In this document: positions 52,801 through 63,698 of the stretch, in pieces
Layout: the number at the start of each line of letters is the position of its first letter
Position numbering within the stretch: the stretch's first letter is position 1
Assembly: GCA_038087875.1 (NCBI GenBank)
Contig: JAXLNO010000480.1
Coordinates: 1-64,000 of the forward strand
Length of the DNA: 64,000 nt
Source: Malacoraja senta
Lineage: Eukaryota
Direction: 5' to 3'
Program-made: the position numbers and the translations under genes
The notes under the pieces: model-generated
What the model saw: only the letters and a program-made list of their open reading frames with translations
Databases searched by the model: none
What the model was told of the DNA's origin: nothing

Positions 52801-53324
52801 CTGCTCTGTCAATTGCTATGCTAGTTCTCTTATTTATAGTCGATTCCTTCCATAACAATATACGGCTGTCTTGTTCATGCTGACCATTCCTGCAGCTCAC
52901 TGTAAATGCAGAGGTATGAGCATACAGATGACAGATGGGTTTTCTGGAATTCAATGTCTTGTTGATCAACTGTCAGGAAGAGCAAAATGTAGTAAGCTTT
53001 AGACTTTTATATTCCATTTGTCGTTTCCTTTGTCAACATAATCCACCAGTGTCATTTTTAATTGTGATGTTTGCATTTATTACAGGCAGCAGCGATAACA
53101 CACTGTCCTCCAATCAAGCATCAGGCACTGTAAGTATATTGATTCTTGTTGATGAAATCCCAGATCGTACAAGTATGAATTAAAGCTGTAATCTGTTTAC
53201 TGATCTAAACAGCGACAACAGCAACGGTCTTAAATACAATTGGTATTTCTTTCTCTTTCAGAACCTTGTTTCTTCAAAGGAAGATGAGTCTTCTGTCATC
53301 TATGCTGAAACAGTAAAAACATAA
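37761..53324 (+). CDS. Type I Ig-superfamily receptor, V-C2-V-C2 + TM + ITIM-bearing tail (~548 aa, 10 coding exons; D3 exon frameshifted as assembled)
   Basis: Exons 37761-37848, 42204-42545, 44103-44372, 45424-45758, 45837-46097, 48300-48407, 49126-49203, 51598-51654, 53086-53129, 53262-53324. All GT-AG with matching phases (eight phase-1 introns, then phase 0). Confidence 0.85.
38530..41800 (+). mobile_element. Old, heavily decayed CR1 LINE in the leader-D1 intron
   Basis: Remnants SLVPG (esterase), HSNARSIVGKVDELRA, DLVLGNESGQV, FADE, LHFGRLN, VRPDFKHCMQFW. Confidence 0.85.
42204..42545 (+). CDS. Ig domain D1 (V-like, no cysteines)
   Basis: cag|AA...G|gtgagt, 342 nt. GGDIVLKG...VVWEWEPHSG...VNLTIK...WSGLFTL. 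Confidence 0.82.
44103..44372 (+). CDS. Ig domain D2 (C2-like)
   Basis: 270 nt. GSDVTLSC...SLHW...EDGKLYVC. Confidence 0.9.
45424..45758 (+). CDS. Ig domain D3 (V-like), frameshifted as assembled
   Basis: 335 nt (3n-1). ELHLVC in one frame; DWTWKPH...DFSVRIVPVLFQDAGVYAC in another. Confidence 0.85.
45837..46097 (+). CDS. Ig domain D4 (C2-like, WxC motif)
   Basis: 261 nt. EGDTVTLTCSVS...LVW...GNWRC; G|gtaagt. Confidence 0.9.
46500..47144 (+). mobile_element. L1-clade LINE ORF2 C-terminal fragment
   Basis: CCHC-type knuckle CWRQCGKISDHTHIFGDC, then AKKMIPVSW...W...ME. Confidence 0.85.
48300..48407 (+). CDS. Transmembrane exon
   Basis: YIIVGIIGSLAVLIIIILAVVFC followed by the basic stop-transfer QRKRK. 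No charged TM residue. Confidence 0.88.
49126..49203 (+). CDS. Cytoplasmic exon 1 (AEYMSV)
   Basis: ttttccag|AA...G|gtaaat, 78 nt, open frame. Confidence 0.7.
51598..51654 (+). CDS. Cytoplasmic exon 2 with ITIM (IHYGSI)
   Basis: tttccacag|AT; DTEEGIHYGSISFQPKASG; G|gtaaaa. Confidence 0.78.
53086..53324 (+). CDS. Cytoplasmic exons 3 (53086-53129) and 4 (53262-53324)
   Basis: GSSDNTLSSNQASGT|gtaagt, phase 0 joined to NLVSSKEDESSVIYAETVKT*. Confidence 0.78.
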
Positions 53325-53470
53325 ACATGAATACTGTGAAGAGAGTGGAAAGTGAAGGCTTGGACTTTGACAAGTGCAACGTTGCAATTTTTGGAATTGA
53401 ATTTTTTACTTTATAATTTCTACATACTTTCACGAATGTACTTCCCGAGTTATCAAAATCATCACATTCA

Positions 53471-54242
53471 TCTTCTATATTACTAAAACTAAGATCTTGA
53501 CCACTTTCTGACTTTCTGTTTCGTGATTTCTGAAAGAACGCCGCCACTTACGGCCGTGATTTTTGGCCACCTCGCTCAGAGTCCCCCTCCGCTGAGCTGG
53601 ACCGGAGGCTTTTTCCCATCGATGAAAAATCAGAGACTTGTTAATGTTTTAGTATTGGTTGTGAGTGTGTGTGTGTGTGTTTTCAGAAAATGTATTGGTG
53701 TAAAGTGTTTGCAAATTTGGAGACTTTAAACGATTGAATCATTCGGTTTCCACAATATGTTTACCACGTTCTGAAGTTACTTGGCATTTTAGTCTTGGTT
53801 GTGTGTGTGTGTGAGTCAGTGTGTGAGTGACTGTGTGTTTGTGAGTGACTGTGTGTGTGTGTGTGTGTGACTGGGTGTGTGTGTGTGTGTGTCAGTGTGT
53901 GAGTGACTGTGTGTGTGAGTGACTGTGTGTGTGTGTGACTGTGTGTGTTTGACTGTGTGTGTGTGTGAGTCTGTGTGTGTGAGTCTGTGTGTGTGTGTCT
54001 GTGTGTGTGTCTGTGTGAGTGTCTGTGTGAGTGAGTCTGTGTTTGTGTAAGTGAGTCTGTGTGTGTGTGTGTGTGTGTGAGTGAGAGTCTGTGTGTGTGT
54101 GTCTGCGTGCGTGCGTGAGAGTACGTGCGTGTCTGAGAGTGTGTGTGCGTCTGAGATTGCGCGCGTGTCTAAGAGTGCGTGCGTGTCAGTGCGTGTGTGT
54201 CTGAGTGCGTGTGTGTCTGAGAGTGTGTGTGTGTGTGTGTGT
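53471..54242 (+). mobile_element. Possible Helitron 5' end followed by a (GT)-rich microsatellite tract
   Basis: A|TCTTCTATATTACTAAAAC resembles the TCTATATTTAAAAC start at 8972. No CTAG end found. GT tract ~53660-54242. Confidence 0.45.
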
Positions 54243-54244
54243 AT

Positions 54245-54745
54245 AGGGGGGTTGCACGCAAGGTCACCGGGTCAAAGGGCATGATGCATGGAGCTGCTCT
54301 GGAGGACATCGCAGCTTCCGGTATATGTTGTTAATACACGAAACGCGTACTTTCCTACCTGTTAAAAAACGCCAAAATGGTGAATTTTTGCGCTGTAAAT
54401 AATTGTGGAAGTTGGGGTAACCGTGAGAGACATCTATCCTACTTCAGAATTCCAAAAGTGAAGCGAAATGAAGGTAAAGAGAAGCAACAGCTGAAGAAAC
54501 AACAACAGCTAAAGTGCTTGGCGAACATTGGCCGTGCAGATATCGAGATTGAAAATATTGGGAATTATCGCGTTTGCTCACTGCATTTCATCAACAGTAA
54601 GGCATTATTTGTGTTTTTTCTTGATTCCTTTGGTATCTAAAAAGTTTCAGAAGTGATAAATCTGGCTGTAAAATTTTAAAATCGCCCATGGTTCTGAAGT
54701 GGGTTTGACATGCAAAAAGAAAACGCCTCTGAAGCTAAATTTATC
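54245..54745 (+). mobile_element. ISL2EU/Harbinger-type element end with THAP exon (54377-~54596)
   Basis: AT|AGGGGGGTTGCACG terminus. MVNFCAVNNC...YFRIPK...RVCSLHF (C2CH THAP), then GTAAG. Confidence 0.72.
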
Positions 54746-55321
54746 ATTAAAGAAATCTCCAGACTTACGAGTGATGTGTAGAAAAGTTTTCTATCATTAT
54801 GCTATTGAGATGTATATTTTGGCAAATAATAAAATGTCCTGACAGCTTAAACATCTACTGTCCTGCAATAGGATATTGTCAATTTGCTGAAGGATTATGT
54901 CCAATTAACAGCTAACAATTATGCCATTCCTTGGCTTGCATCTGAGTAAAATGTAAATCGGGTGATCACAGAGGAAGAGGACTGAACCTTTTGATGCCGT
55001 GGACAGCGGAAAATTTTGATTCTGTTGTGGGGGGACGTTCATGTTGAATTCTATAATGTGTTGTGTCATTTTTTCTTATTTTAATTTTTTTCTATGGATG
55101 TACGGAAACTTAATTATTTCTTTTATGTAAAGCACTTTGGTTTCAACGCGAGTTGATTTAAACGTGCTATATAAATAAAATTTACTTACTTACTTACGTA
55201 CGGTTTGTGATTTTTTTACCCTCACCCACCCACAACCACCCTCATCCACCCACACCAACCCAAAACCACCCTCACCCACTCACAACCACCCTCACCCGCC
55301 CAAAACCACCCTCACCCACCC

Positions 55322-56781
55322 GTACAGGGTCTTGGTGAGACCACACCTGGAGTATAGGGAGGTTTCACGGCAGTCGGGTCACGACCCCATGACCCGTACT
55401 GTTGCCACGCTACGCCAAGTGGATTACACGCGATGAACTGCAGGCAAGCACTTACCATTGTTTCCAGCGTAGCGGGCCCGTTAAAACGCGCCGAAATGGT
55501 CAATTTTTGCGCTGTAAATAATTATGGAAATCGGGATAAGCGTGAAAGACATATATCCAACCTCAGAATTCAAAAGGTGAGGAGAAATGACCGTGGATTG
55601 AAGCGAGAGCTGAAAGGAACAACAACAGCCAGAGTGCTTGGCGAACATTGGCCGTTTGCTCACTGCATTTCATCAACTAAGGCATTATTTGTGTTTTTTC
55701 TTGATTCCTTTGGCATCTAAAAAGTTTCAGAAGGGATAATCGCCCCTGGTTCTCGTGGGTTTTTACATACAAAAATAAAACACCTCTGAAGCAAAATTTA
55801 CAACCAGATTTACCACTTCTGAGACTTTTTAGATACCAAAGAAATAAAAAACAAAACAAATAATGCCTTACCGTTAATGAAATGCAGAGAACAAACGCGA
55901 TAAATCCCGATATTTTCAATTCCGATATCTGCACGGCCAATGTTCACCAAGCACTTATGCTGCTGTTGTCCCTTCAGCTCTCGCTTCTCTTTACCTTCAT
56001 TTCGCTTCACTTTTGGAATTCTGAAGTTGGGTACATGTCTCTCACACTTACCCCGACTTCCACAATTTTTTACAGCGAAAAAATCCACCATTTTAGCGCT
56101 TTTTAACGGGTAGGAAAGTACGTGTTTCTAGCATTAATAACATATACCGGAAGTGACGGGTGTCTTCCAGATGGATTGAGCGGTCCCGTGCGTCAAGCAC
56201 TTTGACCCGGTGACCTTTCGTGAAACCTCCCTATTGCGTACAGTTTTGGTCTCCAAATCTGAGGAAGGACATTCTTCCCATAGAGGGAGTACAAAGAAGG
56301 TTCACTGATTCCTGGGATGTCAGGACTTTCATATGAAGACTGGATAGACTTGGCTTATACTCGCTAGAATTTAGAAGATTGAGGAGGGATCTTATAGAAA
56401 CTTACAAAATTCTTAAGGAGTTGGACAGGCTAGATGCAGGAAGATTGTTCCCGATGTTGGGGAAGTCCAGGACAAGGGGTCACACAGTTTAAGGATAAGG
56501 GGGAAATCTTTTAGGACCGAGATGAGAAAAACATTTTTTTTCACACAGAGCGTGGTGAATCTCTGGAACTCTCTGCCACAGAAGGTAGTTGAGGCCAGTT
56601 CATTGGCTATATTTAAGAGGGAGTTAGATGTGGCCCTTGTGGCTAAAGGGATCAGGGGGTATGGAGAGAAGGCAGGTACAGGATACTGAGTTGGATGATC
56701 AGCCATGATCATATTGAATGGTGGTGCAGGCTCGAAAGGCCGAATGGCCTCTACTCCTGCACCTATTGTCTATGTTTCTAT
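55322..56781 (+). mobile_element. CR1/HER1 3' fragment interrupted by the THAP element
   Basis: YRVLVRPHLEY|CVQFWSP continuity across the insertion; tatgtttctatg tail. Confidence 0.9.
55356..56232. mobile_element. Non-autonomous ISL2EU/Harbinger-type transposon (877 bp) with two convergent THAP remnants
   Basis: 14-bp TIR AGGGAGGTTTCACG; AT TSD inside the CR1 sequence gagt(AT)tgcg. THAP at 55497+ and 56091-. Confidence 0.85.
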
Positions 56782-57870
56782 GAAACCACCCACACCCACC
56801 CGAAACCACCCACACCCACCCTAAACCACCCACACCCACCCGAAACCACCCTCACCCACCTGAAACCACCCACACCCACCCTAAACCACCCACACCCACC
56901 CGAAACTACCCACACCCACCCTAAACCACCCTCACCCACCCGAAACCACCCACACCCACCCTAAACCACCCACACCCACCCGAAACTACCCTCACCCACC
57001 TGAAACCACCCACACCCACCCTAAACCACCCACACCCACCCGAAACTACCCACACCCACCCTAAACCACCCTCACCCACCCGAAACCACCCACACCCACC
57101 CTAAACCACCCACACCCACCCGAAACTACCCACACCCACCCTAAACCACCCACACCCACCCTAAACTACCCACACCCACCCTAAACCACCCTCACCCACC
57201 CGAAACCACCCACACCCACCCTAAACCACCCACACCCACCCGAAACTACCCACACCCACCCTAAACCACCCACACCCACCCGAAACTACCCACACCCACC
57301 TGAAACCACCCTCACCCACCCGAAACCACCCTCACCCACCCGAAACCACCCTCACCCACCTGAAACCACCCACACCCACCCGAAACTACCCACACCCACC
57401 TGAAACCACCCTCACCCACCCGAAACCACCCTCACCCACCCGAAACCACCCTCACCCACCTGAAACCACCCACACCCACCCTAAACCACCCTCACCCACC
57501 CGAAACTACCCACACCCACCTGAAACCACCCACACCCACCTGAAACCACCCACACCCACCCTAAACCACCCTCACCCACCCGAAACCACCCTCACCCACC
57601 CGAAACCACCCACACCCACCCTAAACCACCCTCACCCACCTGAAACCACCCTCACCCACCCTAAACCACCCTCACCCACCCGCAACCACATGAAACCACC
57701 CACACCCACCTGAAACCACCCACACCCACCCTAAACCACCCTCACCCACCTGAAACCACCCACACCCACCCGAAACCACCCACACCCACCCTAAACCACC
57801 CTCACCCACCTGAAACCACCCACACCCACCCGAAACCACCCACACCCACCCGAAACCACACTCACCCACC
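56781..57870. repeat. 20-bp minisatellite (gaaaccacccacacccaccc)n; related units at 55219-55321
   Basis: About 54 tandem variant units read directly. Confidence 0.97.
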
Positions 57871-57999
57871 TTTACAGCCTCTCTCTCTCTTCTTCTTCTT
57901 TGGTGTGGCGTGCACAGCCTAAAGTTGTTGGACAACTTGTTCTATTTGATCTTTCTCTCTCCATCTCCATCTCTCTCTCTCCATCTTTCTGTCACCAGG

Positions 58000-58320
58000 G
58001 TCCGGGGTCTCGGCGCCGGTTTCATCTTCATCTTGTTCCCGCCCAAAGCTCCAACCGCCAACCGCCGACCTCACCTGCCCTCACCAAGATGGCCACCGGC
58101 TGCCGACCTCACCTGCCCTCACCAAGATGGCCGCCCGCCCGCCGGTCCCGCCCCGGGGCCGAGTCTCCCCGTCGACCGCATGAAAATGGCGGCGGGCGCG
58201 CGGGCGGGCGGAGAAGCGTCAGTTGGTGACGTCGCTGCCGACGGACCTGAGGTAAATAAATAACTAACTGAAGATCAGCGGCTGCAGCGGATTGTGGGGG
58301 ATCGGGTCACGTGGGTGAGT
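58000..58320 (+). promoter_or_regulatory. CpG island with probable promoter/first exon of the downstream ZNF gene
   Basis: CpG-rich. YY1 motif AAAATGGCGGC at 58183-58193 plus two AAGATGGCC. CRE-like TGACGTC. Donor GAG|GTAAAT at 58251/58252. Confidence 0.6.
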
Positions 58321-58590
58321 GAGGTCAATGACCACATACAGTACAGTACAGTACAGTACAGTACAGGCCGGTACAGTACAGGCCCGTGTGTGGACATGTG
58401 TGTGGGGGAGTGAGGTCAATGACCACATACAGTACAGTACAGTACAGTACAGTACAGGCCGGTACAGTACAGGCCCGTGTGTGGACATGTGTGTGGGGGA
58501 GTGAGGTCAATGACCACATACAGTACAGTACAGTACAGTACAGTACAGGCCGGTACAGTACAGGCCCGTGTGTGGACATGTGTGTGGGGG
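58317..58590. repeat. 91-bp tandem repeat x3 containing (CAGTA)n
   Basis: Units start at 58317, 58408 and 58499. Confidence 0.95.
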
Positions 58591-58809
58591 GGAGAGAGAG
58601 AGAGAGAGAGAGAGCTGAGGGCAATCTCCACATAAACCACGTCTGGGGGAATCAAACTGGTCAAACTGGGCTCAATTATATAAACTCACCGTCTGGAGCA
58701 GCGTCCTGAGATAAAACACATTATAAATAAACATCTCCCTCTCTCTGGCTCCCAACCCCCCCTCTCTGTAAATGATCAATAAATCACCACATAAACTGCA
58801 CGTCTGGGG

Positions 58810-61180
58810 GAATAAACCCAGTAAATCTGGGGTAAATAATGTTATAAACACACAGGGGAGCGGAATAAACCCGGTAAATCTGGGGTAAATAATGTTATAA
58901 ACACACAGGGGAGTGGAGTAAACCCGGTAAATCTGGGGTAAATAATGTTATAAACACACAGGGGAGTGGAATAAACCCGGTAAATCTGGGGTAAATAATG
59001 TTATAAACACACAGGGGAGTGGAATAAACCCGGTAAAACTGGGGTAAATAATGTTATAAACACACAGGGGAGTGGAGTAAACCCGGTAAATCTGGGGTAA
59101 ATAATGTTATAAACACACAGGGGAACAAAGTAAACCCGGTAAATCTGGGGTAAATAATGTTATAAACACACAGGGGAACAAAGTAAACCCGGTAAATCTG
59201 GGGTAAATAATGTTATAAACACACAGGGGAACAAATTAAACCCAGTAAAATGGGTTAATAATGTTATAAACACACAGGGGGCTGGAATAAACCCGGTAAA
59301 ACTGGGGTAAATAATGTTATAAACACACAGGGGAACAAATTAAAACCCAATCTGAGGTAAATAATGTTATAAACACACAGGGAGCGGAATAAACCCGGTA
59401 AAACTGGGGTAAATAATGTTATAAACACACAGGGGAACAAATTAAACCCAATCTGAGGTAAATAATGTTATAAACACACAGGGAACGGAATAAACCCGGT
59501 AAAACTGGGGTAAATAATGTTATAAACACACAGGGGAACAAAGTAAACCCAGTCTGGGGTAAAACGGGTTAAAAATGTTATAAACACACAAGGGAACAAA
59601 TTAAACCCAGTAAAACGGGTTAATAATGTTATAAACACACAGGGGAGCGGAATAAACCCGGTAAAACTGGGGTTAATAATGTTATAAACACACAGGGGAA
59701 CAAAGTAAACCCCAGTCTGGGGTAAATCTGGGGTAAATAAGGTTATAAACACACAGGGGAACAAAGTAAACCCAGTCTGGGGTAAATCTGGGTAAATAAT
59801 GTTATAAACACACAGGGGAGCGGAATAAACCCGGTAAAACTGGGGTTAATAATGTTATAAACACACAGGGGAACAAAGTAAACCCAGTCTGGGGTAAAAC
59901 TGAGGTAAAGTAAATACGTTTTATTGGCCAAGTATTCACATACAAGGAATTTGCCTTGGTGCTCCGCCCACAAGTAACAACATGACATACAGTGACAGTA
60001 AATAATGTTATAATACAGTATAATACAGTAAATAATGTTATAAACCCACAGGGAAGCAGAATTAACCCGGTCTGGGGTAAAACTGAGGTAAATAATGTTA
60101 TAAACACACAGGGGAACAAAGTAAACCCAGTCTGGGGTAAATCTGGGGTAAATAATGTTATAAACACACAGGGAACGGAATAAACCCGTAAAACTGGGGT
60201 AAATAATGTTATAAACACACAGGGGAACAAAGTAAACCCAGTCTGGGGTAAAACAGGTAAAGTAAATAAGTTATTGGCCAAGTATTCACATACAAGGAAT
60301 TTGCCTTGGTGCTCCGCCCACAAGTAACAAACATGCCATACAGTGACAGTAAATAATGTTATAATACAGTATAATACAGTAAATAATGTTATAAACCCAC
60401 ATGGGAGCAGAATTAACCCGGTCTGGGGTAAAACTGAGGTAAATAATGTTATAAACACACAGGGGAACAAAATACATCCAGTCTGTGGTAAAAACTGGGG
60501 TAAATAATGTTATAAACACACAGGGGAGCAAAAATAAACCCGGTCTGGGGTAAATAATGTTCATAAACCCACAGGGGAACAAAATAAACCCAGTCTGGGG
60601 TAAAACTGAGGTAAAGTAAGTAAGTTTATTGGCCAAGTACTCACATACAAGGAATTTGCCTTGGTGCTCCGCCCACAAGTAACAACATGACATACAGTGA
60701 CAGTAAATAATGTTATAATACAGTAAATAATATTAGAAACACACAGGGGAGCGGAATAAACCCGGTCTGGGGTAAAACTCGAGTAAATAATGTTATAAAC
60801 ACACAGGGTAACAAAATACACACACAGCCCCACAGCCATCAGGATATTGAACTCAACTCAACCAAAACTCTAAATATTAATAGCCCATTATCAGTTTATT
60901 TGCACTTTATCTGTTTTATTTATACATGTGTGTATATATTTATACAATGGTATATGGACACACTGCTCTGTTCTGTATTCATGCCGTCTATATTCTTTTG
61001 TGCTGAAGCAAAGCAAGAATTTCATTGTCCTATCTGGGACACACGACAATAAACTCACTTGAATCTTGAATAAACCCGGTCTGGGGTAAAACTGGGGTAA
61101 ATAATGTTATAAACACACGGGAGCGAATTAAACCCGGTCTGGGGTAAATAATGTTCTAACACACGGGAGCGGAATAAACT
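58810..61180. repeat. ~53-bp satellite with a ~350-bp higher-order repeat
   Basis: ggtaaataatgttataaacacacagggg at 58831, 58884, 58937...; embedded foreign block at 59921, 60271 and 60626. Confidence 0.95.
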
Positions 61181-61560
61181 GGGCTGTGGAGTCGTTCCCA
61201 AAACATCCGACCCCGACCCCTCGGTAAAATAATTCTAAATCTGCTGTGATGACATTACACAAGTTGGCATTACATAAGAAACCACATGAATCCTCAGGCT
61301 GCCTTTAAACCCGTGTCCATAAAGTTTTGAGTCTAACGGTTGTATCTGTGCTAATGTGTTTTTTTTAAAATGTTTATTCTTGAAATAAAAACCATAATTC
61401 ATTATGCTAAAAGAAAACTAAATGGCAGAAAGGACCATGACAAAATTAAAGTTCCATTGAATTAAGTAAAAATTATAAAAGCATTACTCCAAAATGTATT
61501 AAACTAAGGCCACAGGTATGAGGTAAATGGCTAAATTATGACAAAAAACCCATCATGTGC

Positions 61561-62426
61561 ATAGAAACCATAGAAAATAGGTGCAGGAGGAGGCCATTCG
61601 GCCCTTCGAGCCAGCACCGCCATTCATTGTGATCATGGCTGATCGTCCCCAATCAATAACCCGTGCCTGCCTTCTCCACATATCCCTTGATTCCACTAGC
61701 CCCTAGAGCTCTATCTAACTCTCTCTTAAATCCATCCAGTGATTTGGCCTCCACTGCCCTCTGTGTCAGGGAATTCCATAAATTCACAACTCTCTGGGTG
61801 AAAACTTTTTTTCTCACCTCAGTCTTAAATGACCTCCCCTTTATTCTAAGACTGTGGCCCCTGGTTCTGGACTCGCCCAACATTGGGAACATGTTTCCTG
61901 CATCTAGCTTGTCCAGTCTTTTATAATTTTATATGTTTCCATAAGATTCCCCTCATCCTTCTAAACTCCAGTGAATACAAGCCTAGTCTTTTCAATCTTT
62001 CCTCATATGACAGTCCGCATCCCAGGGATCAATCTCGTGAACCTACGCTGCACTGCCTGAATCACAAGGACGTCCTTCCTCAAATTAGGAGACCAAAACT
62101 GTACACAATACTCCAGATGTGGTCTCACCAGAGACCTATACAACTGCAGAAGAACCTCTTTACTCCTATACTGAAATCCTCTTGTTATGAAAGCCAACAT
62201 TCCATTAGCTTTCTTCACTGCCTGCTGTACCTGTAAGCCAACTCTCAGTGACCGGTGTACAAGGACACCCAGGTCTCGCTGTACCTCCCCTTACCTAACG
62301 TAACCCATTGAGATAACCTCATCTGCCACGCATCTGCCCACTCACTCAACCTGTCCAGGTCACCCTGCATCCTCCTAACATCCTCTTCACAGCTCACACT
62401 GCCACCCAGCTTTGTGTCATCCGCAA
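61561..62426 (-). mobile_element. CR1 LINE 3' fragment
   Basis: ORFs 62003 and 61653. Confidence 0.9.
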
Positions 62427-62521
62427 TAGTGCAATAGAAATTAAAAGTTAATGCCTTGGTAGTTAAGTTTGCTACAAAAGTACATACTTAAATGTATTAA
62501 TAAAAGTCTGAGGAACAGAAT

Positions 62522-62693
<172 letters not shown>

Positions 62694-63284
62694 CAGGCTG
62701 GAGGTGGAAAGGGGGTGTAGCGGGGAAACAGGCAGCAAAGGGAGGGGGGAGGGTTCAAGGGGGAGTGGTTTTGGTGCCGAGGGGGATGAATGGGGGGGCA
62801 GGGAACTGGTGGGGAGATAGAGGGGTCAAGTGAGCCCAGAAAGGGGGTAGGGAGCCAGGTGGGGGTGGGTTCACATTGTTGGGGGGTGGGGAGGAAGGGG
62901 AGGGAGCAAAGGGGGGTAAGGAGCAGGAGGTGGCAGGGGTAAGGGGCAGGGAGCCACAGGGAGGAGGTCACATTGTTTGGGGGTGGGGAGGGTGTTGCAG
63001 TTTAGGAAGTCAAACCAGGGCAGGGGTCTTCACTGTGAATGGTGGGGCGCTGGCGGAATGTGTGGAGCCGAGGGATCTAGGAGTGCAAGTACGAGTTGGG
63101 CTGAAGGGCCTCTTTCCAGCGCTGTATCACTCTATGAATCTATGACAAAGTGCTGGAGTAATTCAGCGGGTCAGGCAGCATCTGTGGAGAAGATAGACAC
63201 AAAGTGCTGGAGTAACTCAGCGGGTCAGGCAGCATCTGTGGAGAGAAGGAATGGGTGACATTTTGGGTCGAGACCCTTCTTTGG

Positions 63285-63597
63285 TTTAGTTTAGTTTAGA
63301 GATGCAGCGCGGAAACATGTCTTTCGGCCCATGGACTCTGCGCCGACCAGCGATCACCCCGTACACTAGCACTATCCTACGCACATCAGGGACAATTTAA
63401 CAATTTTGCGGAGTCCGATTAATTTACAACCCTGAACGTCTTTGAAATGTTGGAGGAAAACTGGAGCACCCGGAGTAAAAACCCACGCAGGTCAAGGGGA
63501 GAATGTGCAAACTCTGCACAGACAGCACCCGTAGTCAGGATCGAGCCCGGGTCTCTGGCGGCGAGGCAGCAACTGTACCGCTGCGCCCCTGTGCCGC
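63285..63597 (-). mobile_element. tRNA-derived V-SINE (HE1-like)
   Basis: Minus strand: gcggcacaggggcgcagcggta (A box), gggctcgatcc (B box), ctgtgcagagtttgcacattctcccc (V core), (aaact)n tail. Confidence 0.85.
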
Positions 63598-63698
63598 GCA
63601 GAATTATATAACTGTTTCCTCCGCCATAAATGCACCCAATATGTGCTAGTAATGTCCTGTTTACCAGCTTGTTGACCCTCTGTGTTCCCCTCCTGCAG

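Noticed and set aside
37761..53324. Calling the receptor CD4 or LAG3
   Set aside because: No CxC Lck motif or EP repeat, D1 is a single Cys-less exon, D2 lacks WxC, and there is no synteny evidence in the window. Symbol left blank.
54377..56091. Host THAP-family genes
   Set aside because: All three THAP sequences sit inside TIR-bounded transposon ends with no downstream coding exons identified.
56781..61180. CRISPR-like appearance of regularly spaced repeats
   Set aside because: Head-to-tail satellites without unique spacers; eukaryotic context; no cas genes.
63520..63597. tRNA gene
   Set aside because: The A/B boxes belong to the head of an HE1-like SINE that continues into the V core and tail.
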